In this document: in pieces, positions 49,563-62,906 of the stretch
Layout: every line of letters begins with the position of its first letter
How positions within the stretch are numbered: position 1 is the first letter of the stretch
NCBI RefSeq assembly: GCF_006345805.1
Contig: NC_043019.1
Coordinates: 8,989,360 to 9,053,359 of the forward strand
Source: Octopus sinensis
Lineage: Eukaryota
Length of the DNA: 64,000 bases
Direction: 5' to 3'
The notes under the pieces: model-generated
What the model saw: the letters and a program-made list of their open reading frames with translations, nothing else
The model's database searches: none
What the model was told of the DNA's origin: nothing
Made by a program: the position numbers and the translations under genes

Positions 49563-50280
49563 AGAATCTAAAAAAAACAACAAAAGACGAGGACATGTGT
49601 GTGTGAACAACAAGCAGATGTATTAGTTTAACGCTCGGGAAGTGAGAAAGTCTTTTACCTCGCGAGCCTACGCTCTTCTAGAGACAGGATCACAGAAATA
49701 AAAAGGGAGAGAAAATAGGAAAATGATTAGTGGCTAGCGATCTATCATGGCGAAATATATATGTGTGTTTGTGCGTGAGTGTGTGTATGTTTATATAAAA
49801 ATATATAATTTTTATATATGTATGCATATACACACACACATACATATATGTATAAAAGAGTATCAGTTCTAGTATAATAATATTAAATACATATTCTTAA
49901 CACGTGTGCTTCGTGTATTTGGTCGTGGACTGACTTGGTGCATTGGAGTATATACTTTGTCAAAGCGCCGGGTGTTGAAACACCTCAGAAGCATGGAGAG
50001 ATGAAATAACTGACATTCAGTCCCATCTAGCTTCTCAACCTCACGTACCCGACAAAAATGGCGAAATATCGATGTCCATCACTCCTAGATAGGAACGAAG
50101 GTGAGTTAACTCGCCTCACCATGACCCTAAGGTGTTTTAACATGTGACGCTTCGAACGAGTATATACCCCACCGCGCCAATTATAGCCCACCTCCAAATA
50201 CACCAAGCACATAGGTTAGATATATGATGTTAATGATATAGATACATACATAATACATCCTCTTTTTATATATACTCTTT

Positions 50281-50875
<595 letters not shown>

Positions 50876-51096
50876 GTAATCAGCCTTCTCATCCACGCGA
50901 CTCTGCCTAAATAATAAACTTCAGAAAATTTCTCGGAGGAAATAGGATCGCAATTAAAGTCACAGAGAATTTTTAAAAAGAGTCAGATCCGCCAGACAGT
51001 GATCACTGTTTCAGTTTTAAGAGGCACACTGCTGAAACCTATTTCGTGATGCGTTGAACAAAGCGATATATCTGTTGCAAATCTAGAAACTTTTAA

Positions 51097-51288
51097 GCTG
51101 GCAGGTTCGGTAGCACGCCGAGCAAAACTGCTTAGCGTCATCACGTTCGTCTTTGCGTTTTCAGGACAAATTCCGTCGAGCCTTGCCTTTCATCGCTTCG
51201 AAGTCAATAAAATGAGAAGCGCTTGATCACTGGGGTCGATGTTACCCACTCGCCCAAAATTGCTGGACTTGTGCCACAATTTGAAATC
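51097..51288 (+). mobile_element. SINE family B, diverged
   Basis: Homology to other family B copies. Confidence 0.75.
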
Positions 51289-53453
51289 AAGTTAAGCAAT
51301 GTAGTCTGTCCTATTAGGTACCATGATGTATCAGGCTCCAATTGAAATTTATATAGAAGATATCCTCCAGATTATAGTTGAGAAATTCTATAAATATTAG
51401 AGCAGCCATGACGGAAAGCAATTTAATTCTATATAAGCACACACATTCAATCAATATTTTCAGAATGGAAGTACGAGCCCAGTCTTAGACATAAGTTTGA
51501 AAGACCTGACACCAAATCACTCTGCCGTATATATTATCTCCCATTAGATAGCTTTCATAGCCACATGCATTTATATATGTATATACATACACACACGCCG
51601 ACACACACATACAAAGATACACTAATATATATTTTCTGTGTGTGTGTATGTGTGTGCTATGATGTAATCTTCGAATACACCAATAAAATCCTACCGAAAG
51701 ACGTGAGATAACTTTTAAACCAAAATTTCTGTTAATTTTTTCTACGAAGATCACATCTGGAACTAACCATGAGTGGTATCTACGGTTTATTTTGGATTTG
51801 GTACCTACGTATATACATATCTGCAGTGCACTATCAACCATGATACCTCGTGCTTCTTTTACCTCACTGTGAACTCAGTTTTATGGTACCAAGCCAACCC
51901 TGGCGTCCTACGTGTTGCTGCTCCAAGATTCTAGTGATTCCGGCATCTAATCTGTATATGTATGTAATATGTACATGCATACATACCCAAATGCATATTT
52001 ATGTGTATGTGCGCATATTTATATGTATGCATGTATGTATATATGTATACGTGTGTGCATTAACGTGTTGAATAACTACATCAACCAAACAAGAATTTAT
52101 CAATAATAAACTTGTGCTGTAGACAGATATCTCAACCAAACAGCGATAAACTCCACAAATACATAAACCACATCTCCGAACCTACAATGCTCAATCTCCT
52201 GCCAAAAATTGTTATTAATAGTTGCTATTTATAAAAATTAAGACAATAACTTCAACACGTATATCGTACATAATTCAGACAGCCGTTGAACAAAGTGGAA
52301 AGGAATGTTGCAGTGATAAACGAAGAACAATATTCGAAAAGCAACAAGAAGCCAGACGCACACGCCAAGCTTTACCATCAGATGCACGTCCAAAAACAGA
52401 ACTTATAAAAATCACTTCGAATAATTATTTTACATAATAAACCGTCATTCTTCAAGTTGGAAGTAAACTAAGAAATGAAAGAAAAGAAATCATAAAAAAA
52501 TATATATATATATATTTAAAAAATGAGATAAGGAAAAAAAAGACATGAGATAACGAATTGTCACGAGAGCTGTGGCAGTAATTCGGTGGCAGGATGGACA
52601 AAAGTTCTGGCAGACTTCAGTAAAGACTGCGCAGAATGGAACGGAAGAATAACATAAGAAAAAGATACGTTGTGGACTTCATCCTTGTTGTTATTTTTCT
52701 TCCTCCTCCTCATTTTCTTGCATTTAACATTCTGGTTCGTTAATCTTAAATTAATTCTGATATATTGCTAAACGCATTCCTTCCATGACAATCAAGCCTT
52801 TTGTTGTCCTTTAATGTTGTTTGGGACAGTATGGTTGGAAGGAATGAGTTGTTTTGTTGCTTCTTCAATTAAGAGTAGATGTGGAAACATTCTTGAAATT
52901 AGCAATAATTATCACCGTAAAATGAACGGAGGCAGTGTAGCATTCAATACCTGTGCAACGAAAGGAAAAAGGACAGCTCAGATAAAAAAACAGTTCCGAA
53001 TTCTGCGAGAAATAACCAAAGACCAGCTTGTGTTAGTGCTACACGAAGGTATGGATTCCGTTTAAGAAAAGCAGAAACAGGTTTTCCAAAGTTTTCTTAA
53101 GCTAACTTGCATTCGCAAATGCTTTGGTTAAGTTAAATCATTTGTTGAAGTCACTCAGTGAAATATGATGCAAAAGGATTGAACTGAAACCGGAATCGAA
53201 GGTTTATAATTCTATAGACCGCATAGAATTATATTCACCCAAAATTGTAAGGTTATTACTATAACCTACAATTGACACAAACCCCCCTTTTTTTTCAAGC
53301 ATACTCTATGTAATTTCAAACTAATAACATCAAACAACGCAAAGAGCAAATAGCTACACACATATGTGTCCCTTGGGGACGAGCTCTTCCTTGAGCAAGA
53401 ACAAAGAGGATTGACAGAGAGAAAAGATAAGGTAGCATGTCTAATAATATATA

Positions 53454-53666
53454 TTTCAAATTTTGGCACAAGGGCAGCAGTTTCGGAGGAAAGTATAACT
53501 TGATTATATCGACCAAAGTTCGCAAATGGTACTTAATTTATCGACCCCAAAAAGATGAAGGGCAAAGTAGACCTCGACGGAATTTGAATTCCGAACGTGA
53601 AGACGGAAAAAATGCAGCAAGAGAAATTTTTTTTCCGACGCGATAACGATTCTGCCAGCTGCCTTA
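53454..53666 (-). mobile_element. SINE family B
   Basis: Homology to other family B copies. Confidence 0.85.
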
Positions 53667-53693
53667 CCATATCTTATAATATTAATAAAGTTT

Positions 53694-53900
53694 AAGGTGC
53701 CGAACTGTCAGAATCGTTTGGCATGCCGGAAAAAATACTTGGTCGCATTTCTTCTAACTTTGCCTTCTTAGTTCACATGCCACCGAGGTTAACTTTGCTT
53801 TTCGTCCTTTCGGGGTCGATAAAATAAGTCCCAATTGAACACTGGGGGGGGGTCTAAGTAATCGACTTATCCCCTCTGCCGAACGGGCGCGCCTTGTGTC
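53694..53900 (+). mobile_element. SINE family B
   Basis: Homology to other family B copies. Confidence 0.85.
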
Positions 53901-53918
53901 AGAGTTCTCTATCAAGGT

Positions 53919-54130
53919 TTAAGACAGCCAACTGTCAGCAATGTTGGCACGCCGGGCAAAATGATTAGCGGCACTTTGTTTATATTTACGTTCTGAGTTC
54001 AAATTCCACCGAGGTCGGCTTAGCCGTTCATCCTTTTGGGGACCGATAAAATAAGTACCAGTTGAGCACTGGAGTGGATGTAATTGACTCTTTACCGAAA
54101 CTGCTGTTCTTGGAGCGAAATTTGAAACCA
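53919..54130 (+). mobile_element. SINE family B
   Basis: Homology to other family B copies. Confidence 0.85.
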
Positions 54131-55220
54131 ATTATAAAATTTCGAAAATTTTTCTACTTGTCAGACCCCCTAACAAAGAGGTGACAGCCGCGAAAATATT
54201 TGGCCAGGTTTTACAAGAGTGGAGACCTTTATTTGCCTGTCTGAGAACTACTAGTCTATATGCAAACACCACCGCTACTACACCACAAAGCACCATTCGT
54301 GCAATACACATGAAATGTCCTCCCTCCGGGGCGAAATACATAACATACCTCGCACACAACTACGAAACACAAAGACCATGAAACTTAATAAATGATATCA
54401 CATTGCGCAGGTTCTATGCAAATAGACAAAACATTATCAAGAAACGACGCTCGACCGAAAAGCAGGGAAGGACAATCGCAGACAATCGCAGCCTAGCATT
54501 TCTATGAAGTGAACGTCGTGCACAGCGCGGTGACGTGCAATGTGTGAAGCGAACGACAATACGACCAAGATGATGATGATGATGATGATGGGGGGGGGCG
54601 GAGGAACGGGAGTGCTTTGGTAATGTCTCTCACCTTGTGTATCTGTATGTCTGCGTGTATTGTGTGTGTGTGTATGTGTGTCTGTGCCTGTGTGTGTGTG
54701 TGTGTGTGGGTATGTGTGTGTGTTTGTGCCTGTGTGTGTAATGTTGGTCACGTTTCCACTCAGCATATTCTAATTTGACATTAAACTTTTAGTGTTTGTA
54801 GTTCGTTACTCTTCTAATTTTCGTGTTGCAATTAAAATAGTAGTAAAAAGCAGTCTTTATTTATTTATTTATTTTATTTACTTATTTTACGAATTTATTT
54901 CTATTTTCAGAGTGCGAGAAATATGTCAAATTCTACTTTTTCAGATTTCGTTTTGGGGCGTGGCGGGAACTATTTTCAAGGACATTGGTTTCGTTTGTCG
55001 GTGACTTGAAGGAAAAGATAAACCTTGCCCAAAAATAAAACAGAAAGTTGAATTTTTCAGGCTTTATTCTTACTTTTATCAACTCCTGTGAGTAAAAAAC
55101 TGCTCGCTTCCTGAGGTTATCACAGACTATTTTTGATAAAAACTCTTTTATATAGTAAATTGTTTTGTTTCAAAAACGAGCTGTAAGCAAATCCACTCAA
55201 TCAATAATACTGTTTTCTAT

Positions 55221-55376
55221 TATAGGCACAAGGCCTGAAATTTTAGGGGAGGGGTGAAGTCGATTATATCGACACCAGTCGACCTCGGTAAAATGTATGC
55301 TCAGAACCTAATTATCAACGAAATGCTGCTAAGCATTTTGTCTGGCGTTTTAACAGTTTTGTCAGCTCGTCACCTT
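55221..55376 (-). mobile_element. SINE family B with internal deletion
   Basis: Tail and head present; the central CATCCTTTCGG block is missing. Confidence 0.75.
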
Positions 55377-55410
55377 AATAATAACAAACATAATGTTGAT
55401 GATGATGATG

Positions 55411-55472
<62 letters not shown>

Positions 55473-55473
<1 letters not shown>

Positions 55474-55721
55474 GTTGGATCTATATACATTAGAAGCTAT
55501 GCCAACACTATGGAATGACTAAAGGAGAAAAGATAGGCACACGCCAGAAAAGGTCACATACAATGAGAAAGCAACCATAATCTGCGAAATACCAATACAT
55601 ACACATAAAGAAATTAAGGACAATTGACCGGATATTGTTGTCAGAGATTACCAAGAAAAATAAAGAAGCTTTCTAATCGATGTATCAATACCAACAGAGG
55701 ACAATATTTCTCTAAAAGAAA
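55473..55721 (+). mobile_element. R4/Dong-like RLE-domain fragment, immediately after (AAT)n
   Basis: VGSYIH*KLCQHYG..RHTPEKVTYNEKATIICEIPIHTHKEIKDN*PDIVVRDYQEK..FLIDVSIPTEDNISLKE contains the (R)PDIV...LIDVSIP restriction-like endonuclease motif. Confidence 0.8.
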
Positions 55722-55725
55722 AGAA

Positions 55726-55882
55726 GCATTTCGTCCGTCTCAACGTTCTGAGTTCAAATGCAGTCGATTTGACTTTCATCCTTTCGAGGTCGTTAAAATA
55801 AGTACCAGCTAAATATTGGGGTCGATGTAATCGACCCACCCCATCCTCTGAAATTGCTGGCCTCGTACCCAAACTTGAAATC
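55726..55882 (+). mobile_element. SINE family B, 5'-truncated
   Basis: Homology to other family B copies. Confidence 0.8.
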
Positions 55883-56559
55883 ACTATTATCTACCAGAAA
55901 CAAATCACCTTAGCTTTTCCCGGTTCAGCGTGGTCCCCCGAAGAGTTGGCAATAAGTTCTTCAAAGGTAAACGCATCTCAGGTATTTTTCTCATCGCTCT
56001 TTCAACGCCATGGCTGCCCCTCCTCACAAATTTCTTCGGTAACATTTTTCTCTGTTCTTCTTTATTTCTTACTCTGTCCCCTGATTCTCGCATTGTCTTC
56101 TGTTCCTTCTTTTCACCTCTTTTCCCATTTTTATCCTCCATCACCTGATGTGCCTCTTTTATTCTCTATTTTGTCCCCTTTCGTTCCCAATTTTTTCTTT
56201 GTCCTCTCTTCTCTACATCCCTTTCTATTATTTTTATGTCCCTTATCCCATATTTTGTCCCCTTTACCTTTATTTCTTTTAACTTTTCATTGCTTTCTCC
56301 CTTATTTCCAGATTTGTCCCATTTTTCTTCGCCGTGTCCTTCGTTCATTTCTTTCGTTCTTTCTTTTTTTCGCTCATATTTCCTTCGCTGTTTTTCTTCT
56401 TCTTCTTTCCCCAGTTTCCCTTTGTAAACTAATCAACTTGTATAATGAAAGAATTAATGAATTTTATACAATTAAAATATTTTATAGGAATAAAGAACAA
56501 AACCTAAATTAAAGAATGTTGTGATGTCGGCTTTCTAATGAAACTCGTTGCCATGTTTT

Positions 56560-57254
56560 TCTTGAGTGGTAGTGATGGTGTGGATGGTTGCGGTGTTGGC
56601 GGAGGTGATGGTGGTGGTGGTATTGGTGATGGTAGTGGGAGTAGTAGCAGTAGTGGTAGTAGTGGTAGTGAGGTTACAGTGGTAGTGGTGGTGATGATGT
56701 TGATGGTGATGGTGGTAATGATGAACATGGTAGCGATAATGATGTTAGCGGCGGAGGTGGTGGTCGTGGTGGTCGTGATGGCAGCGGGAGTGGTTGTGTG
56801 CATACTGGGGCTGTTAGCAATAGTGGTCCTTTTAGTGTGGGTCAGGTTTGCTGGATATGATGGCGGTGGCAGCGTTGCTGATGGTGGTGAAGACTGCAGT
56901 GGCATTGGAGTGGTGGGGGGTTGCTGTGGTTGTTGTTACTGGTAGTGGTGGGAGTGATGGAGGTTCGTGTTACTGGCGGAGAGGGCGTTGGTGAAGATGG
57001 GGGTGGTTGTCATGGCGGTGGGTAATGGTGGGAGAAGAACTGCTTCTGACGATCGTTTTCAAAACAGTTGTTTGGTTATGGACAAGTGATTATGTTGATG
57101 ACATTAATGAATCGATGATGATGATGATGACGACGACGACGATGATGATGATGGTAAGGGTAGCAAAGATGATGATGATGACAGTAACAAGGATGATGAT
57201 GATGAAGATGATGATGATGATGATGAGAACAATGATGATGATGATAATGGTGAC

Positions 57255-57304
<50 letters not shown>

Positions 57305-57938
57305 CGATGATGATGATGATGATGACAACAATGATGATAATGATGCTGATGATGATGATGATGACAACGATGATGATAATGATGATGATGATGATAATGA
57401 TGATGATGATGAAGATGATGATGGTGGTGGTAGCAAAGACGACGATGATGATGTTGAGGATGATGATGATGATGTTGACGACAGTGTTGCTGTTGATGCT
57501 GGGGCAGGGGCGTCTTTCATGTCTTACGCCAGCGGTGATGAGTTTTGGTGGCAATATACGATTGCTGTGATGATGATGCGCAGTTTCTTGTTTGCGATGG
57601 TAGTTAAGACAATGGCGGCGATGGTGGTGGTAGTGACAGTCGTGGTGGTGGTGGTGGTGGTGGTGGTATTAGTATTCCTTCCACGATAATTATTTCTGAT
57701 GATGATGATGATGACGACAACGGCGACGACGACGATGCGGCGGAAGCGGAGGAGGAGTTAGAACAGGAGGTACAGGCGGAGGGGGAACAGTTGCGGTGAT
57801 GGGGCTACTGCCAACGAATAAAAGATGATAGTAATGATAAGATGTTAATTGATGATGATCACAATGATGATGAAGATTATGAGGAGAATATTGACGTCAT
57901 CATCATCATCATCATCATCATTGTTATTATTGTTATCA

Positions 57939-58005
<67 letters not shown>

Positions 58006-58150
58006 TAACTACTCTTACTACTAGGTATAATAATGATGATAATTATATTCATGATACTGAGGTGATGGTAATCATGGCGATGATAATTATGGTCATGGTG
58101 ATGATGATGATGATGATGGTGATGACGACGATGATGATGGTGATGATATT
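56560..58150. repeat. Cryptic trinucleotide simple sequence: (GGT)n, (GAT)n, (CAT)n, (TAT)n blocks
   Basis: Direct reading. Confidence 0.9.
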
Positions 58151-58384
58151 GTTTATTGGGTGCTTTTGTTTTTAATGACCAACAGATCGATTGATCGAAT
58201 TCCCTTTGATTTCCATCTTACCCGTTTTACACCCCAGGGGTACCTTCTAATTAGTCCCACTTAACAGCACTTCTATTGCGACGAACGGACAGACAAAATA
58301 AAGAGAGAACACTACGCACCAGTGTATGTATAGAATATGTGTGTGTAAGTATTCTATGTGTATATGTATGTCAGTGTACATATA

Positions 58385-58432
<48 letters not shown>

Positions 58433-58746
58433 TATATGTATACATGTATATGTATATATATGTGTATGTATACATATACATGTATGTATATATATACATG
58501 TACATATATATAGATACTTACGTATACTATTTGTATATGAATATGTACGTAAATTTATATATATATATATATATATATATAGATGTATGTTTATATGCAT
58601 AGGTACATATATATATATATATGCACACAAACATACACTATATACGTATATATACATGTGTGTGGGCTTGTGTGTGTACAACATGTATACCTATATTTAT
58701 ATACATTCACATATCCGTGTGTCCTTCTATACATACATACATACAG

Positions 58747-58825
<79 letters not shown>

Positions 58826-58832
58826 CATATAT

Positions 58833-58920
<88 letters not shown>

Positions 58921-59649
58921 ATAATATATATATATTATATATATATATACACATCTGCGAAGCGAAGTGAAGTGTGTAAACCATTCTCAAATGTTATTGT
59001 GTGTATTTTTGTGTAAATGTTTATCTGTGTTTGTATACTTGTGTATATATATGCGTGTATGCATGTATGTGCGTGTGTGTGGATACAAGTGTGTCCGGCT
59101 GTATACCAGTGTGTGTATAATTAGTGCATCATGGTCTAAACATTATGCGTCTCCAGATTCTCTGACTCTGTTATTAGTCCAGTAGCGTGTAATGCGTTTG
59201 ACATAAGCCACACTTTGGCAGCACGTTCGTGTAGTTATATATATATATATACACATACCGACAGATTCTTCACTGTGCTTGTAGTTGTGCATGTGTATGT
59301 GAGTAATAGGGGGTGTATGTGTGTGTGTGTGTGTGTGTGTCTGACTATCTTCTTGCATATGTGGCTGTGCATCTCAGGTGTAAACCGTTGTACTGCGTAA
59401 ACACCTAAAAGCATTCACGTATCTATACTGGAGTGAAGGTGTATGAGCTTACATGCGTACATGCATATTTATACATATATACATGTGCATATATAGATGT
59501 ATATATCATATATATGTATATATATATATATATACATCTAAATATATATATATATATATATATATTACATATATATAAATATAGATTTATATACATATAT
59601 ACGTGAACATGATATACATGATAAGTGCATATATATGTGTGTGATTATA

Positions 59650-59681
<32 letters not shown>

Positions 59682-60473
59682 CATATATATACATATATAC
59701 GTGTGTGTGTATGTATGCATGCATGTGTTATTTATGTATATATATGTATAGATATGCATATATATTTACATATACACATACATACATATATGTAAATATA
59801 TATATACATATATATACATAAATAACACATGCATGTATGTATGTATGTATATCCATTTGTGATTTTATGTATTTAATGCGGACATACACACATTCACACA
59901 CTCTCAGTTTCACACACTTTCTAACGGACACACGCACACGCACACACACACACACACACCACACACACACCTCTTCACACGCGCGCAACCCACAGAAGGT
60001 GTTACTGTAAAGTTGTTAGTGAAGATCAAAGGGAATCATGTGATTGAGAGAGCGATGTGTTATGGCTTTAGCTGTTGTGGTGGTGGTGGGGGAGGGGCTG
60101 ATGGCGTCTGTAGTGGTGTTGTTGTTGGCGGTGGTGGTGTTGTTGGTGGTGTTGGTTGATGGCAGTGGTTTCGGCGTCGGCGGCGGCGAATGGTGGCATT
60201 TATTGCGACAGTGTTTGGCGCTTGTTGCGGTGGTTCCAGCAACGGTGCCGGTGTCTGTTGATGCTGATAGTGTTGGAATGGAATCGGTTGGGCTGCTTCT
60301 AGATTTGCTGGTGGTTCTTGAATGGTTCGCAATGGTTGTCGGGTTTGCTGTGATTGTAGCGGGGCTGAGCTTTCGCTGATCTTACTGGTAGTGGTTGTGG
60401 TGGTGGTGATGATGTTATGTGTCGTTGGTGGCGGCGTCTGGGGTGACTGCGCTTTTTGTACCCGTTTTATGGT

Positions 60474-60670
60474 TTTTATTTGGTTCAATCGTTAAATTAC
60501 GACCATGCTGGAACACCGATTCGAAGAATTTGTAGAAAATCAAATCGACCCCAAGACTTTCCCTTTGAGCTTGGCATTCGTTGTATAAATCCAGTTGCCG
60601 AAACACTAAGTTACGGGGACCGAAGCACAGCAACATGTCATGTTGTGGTGGGGACATAACTCAAAGACAC
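60474..60670 (-). mobile_element. SINE family A, 3' half, diverged
   Basis: Homology to family A. Confidence 0.75.
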
Positions 60671-60687
60671 AAACACATATATATATG

Positions 60688-60760
<73 letters not shown>

Positions 60761-60850
60761 GCGAAACAGCAATGCTGCTAGCCATCTTATTTTTTTCTTA
60801 CTATATATAATATATATATGCATATAATATATATATATATATAATATATA

Positions 60851-60883
<33 letters not shown>

Positions 60884-61350
60884 ACATACATATATATATT
60901 AATATATATTATATATAATATCCACATTAGAGAGTGGAGCAGATAAAATCCATCCTGCCTGTGTTTCTTAGCAAGCAAAACTTGGGGAGTAGTAATTATG
61001 GAACGAGGGGTGCTTACCTAGCTACTCATTAGGCCGAAGGATCAAAAATACCTTAGACAAATGAAGGTCACGTTGTGGTCAAGAGATCCCAAGTTAACTC
61101 GCAGGAGATTTGATCGAAATTTATTCCCATACACAACAACCTCAGTTGTTAACCGTGATTCATAAAGTAAATTTTTTTAGGTTATCGAACTTGGTTGGAT
61201 TTGGGAAAAATTTACAACCTTATGTGCCAATAAACTTCTATTATTCCTGGAAGTTTCTTTTTGTGACTTGTACTTTCTGCTCGGTGCTTACTAACCTCCT
61301 ACACTTGGATCTCTGGATCTTACATTTATATATCATTATATAGGTGTATG

Positions 61351-61406
<56 letters not shown>

Positions 61407-61450
61407 AAAGAGTACGTACGCAGCTATATTTATATATATATATATATATT

Positions 61451-61563
61451 ACTCTTTTACTTGTTTCAGTCATTTGACTGCGGCCAGTCGAGCAAATCGA
61501 CCCCAGGACTTATTCTTTGTAAGCCCAGTACTTATCCTCTCGGTCTTATATATCTATATATAT

Positions 61564-61612
<49 letters not shown>

Positions 61613-61690
61613 TATATATAATATATATACGTTGGGCTCCTTGCAGTTTTCCTGCACCAAATCCACTCGCACGACTTTGGCTATTTCTGT
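61451..61690 (-). mobile_element. SINE family A, deleted and interrupted by (TA)n
   Basis: ACTTGTTTCAGTCATTTGACTGCGGCC...GACCCCAGGACTTATTCTTTGTAAGCCCAGTACTTAT, then (TA)n, then GGGCT..TTGCAGTTTTCC...AAATCCACTC. Confidence 0.8.
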
Positions 61691-62447
61691 GCGTCCTTGA
61701 CATATGTGTGCGTGTGTGCGTGCGCAGTTGTTTGCGAGTGTGTGTGTGTGTCTGTGTTCTCATCAAATATTTCGCAGCACATGCCTCTGCACTCACGTAC
61801 AAGAAAACAGACCGCTACCACGATGCTCTTTTTGAAACCTGCAGGCATTAAGGGACCAGGTCAGTAATCCTTCTTCCCCCTCATCTTCCTCTCACTTTCA
61901 GTCTCTTCTGGACATTCTCTCTGTTTCTCTCTGATTCGTCAATAAATCAACGGTGTTGAGAGCTAACAATATAATTGTTTCCGGTTCTTAAGCTGTTCTG
62001 AAAGGTGGAGTGATCTTGGTGAGTTTTGTGATGTGAAGAAGGACCACAAAATGTTTTATAATGTTTTATAACCTCGCAAACGCCTACATGCTGTCAAGTA
62101 TGCGCTTATACGCATACATGCATGCACCCATGTACACAATATATACATATATAGATGAATACACACACACATACACACATATATATATACATGTATGTGT
62201 ATATGTATTATATGCATATATATATATATGCGTGAGTATATGCATGTATGTATATCTATTATATGCATATATATGTATATATATGTGTGTGTCTGTGTAT
62301 TTATATATTTTATATATACGTATACATGTATATGTATATATATGTTATGTATACATATACATGTCTTATATATATACATGTACATATATATAGATACTAT
62401 ATATATATATATATTATATATATAATATATATATATATAACTACAAC

Positions 62448-62510
<63 letters not shown>

Positions 62511-62672
62511 TATATATGTATATATATGTAAAGTTATATATATATATACATTATATAATATCTAAAGTTAATCCAAACAGAAAACACAGAAAAAACAGAG
62601 AAAAAACACAGCAACGCGAGGACGTGGAACAATTAAAGTATTATTTGACGCTCAGTAAAGAAGGGAAGGAGG

Positions 62673-62707
62673 GTTTAACGTTTCGAGCGGAGCTCTTCGT
62701 CGGAAAC
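62673..62707 (-). ncRNA. Minimal type I hammerhead motif (U4C variant)
   Basis: Minus strand GUUU-CCGACGA-A-GAGC-UCC-GCUC-GAAA-CG-UU-AAAC: 4-bp stem I, 4-bp stem II, ACGU palindrome, GUU triplet. Confidence 0.65.
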
Positions 62708-62795
62708 AAGGAGAAGGAAAGATCTCGAGAAGAAGAACAGAGGAAAAAAATTTTTTTGCTGTGTGCTCAGAGATCAACATGTATATATATATATA

Positions 62796-62839
<44 letters not shown>

Positions 62840-62854
62840 TATATATTCACATAT

Positions 62855-62906
<52 letters not shown>

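Noticed and set aside
54165-54392. Acceptor, 72-codon frame, stop and AATAAA (terminal-exon-like)
   Set aside because: Unrecognised peptide, and its phase does not fit the upstream donor candidates at 50100 or 53048.
60761-60783. GC-GAAA-CAGC-AAT-GCTG-CTAGCC
   Set aside because: Possible 3' half of a hammerhead, but the 5' half is replaced by (TA)n and U16.1 is missing.
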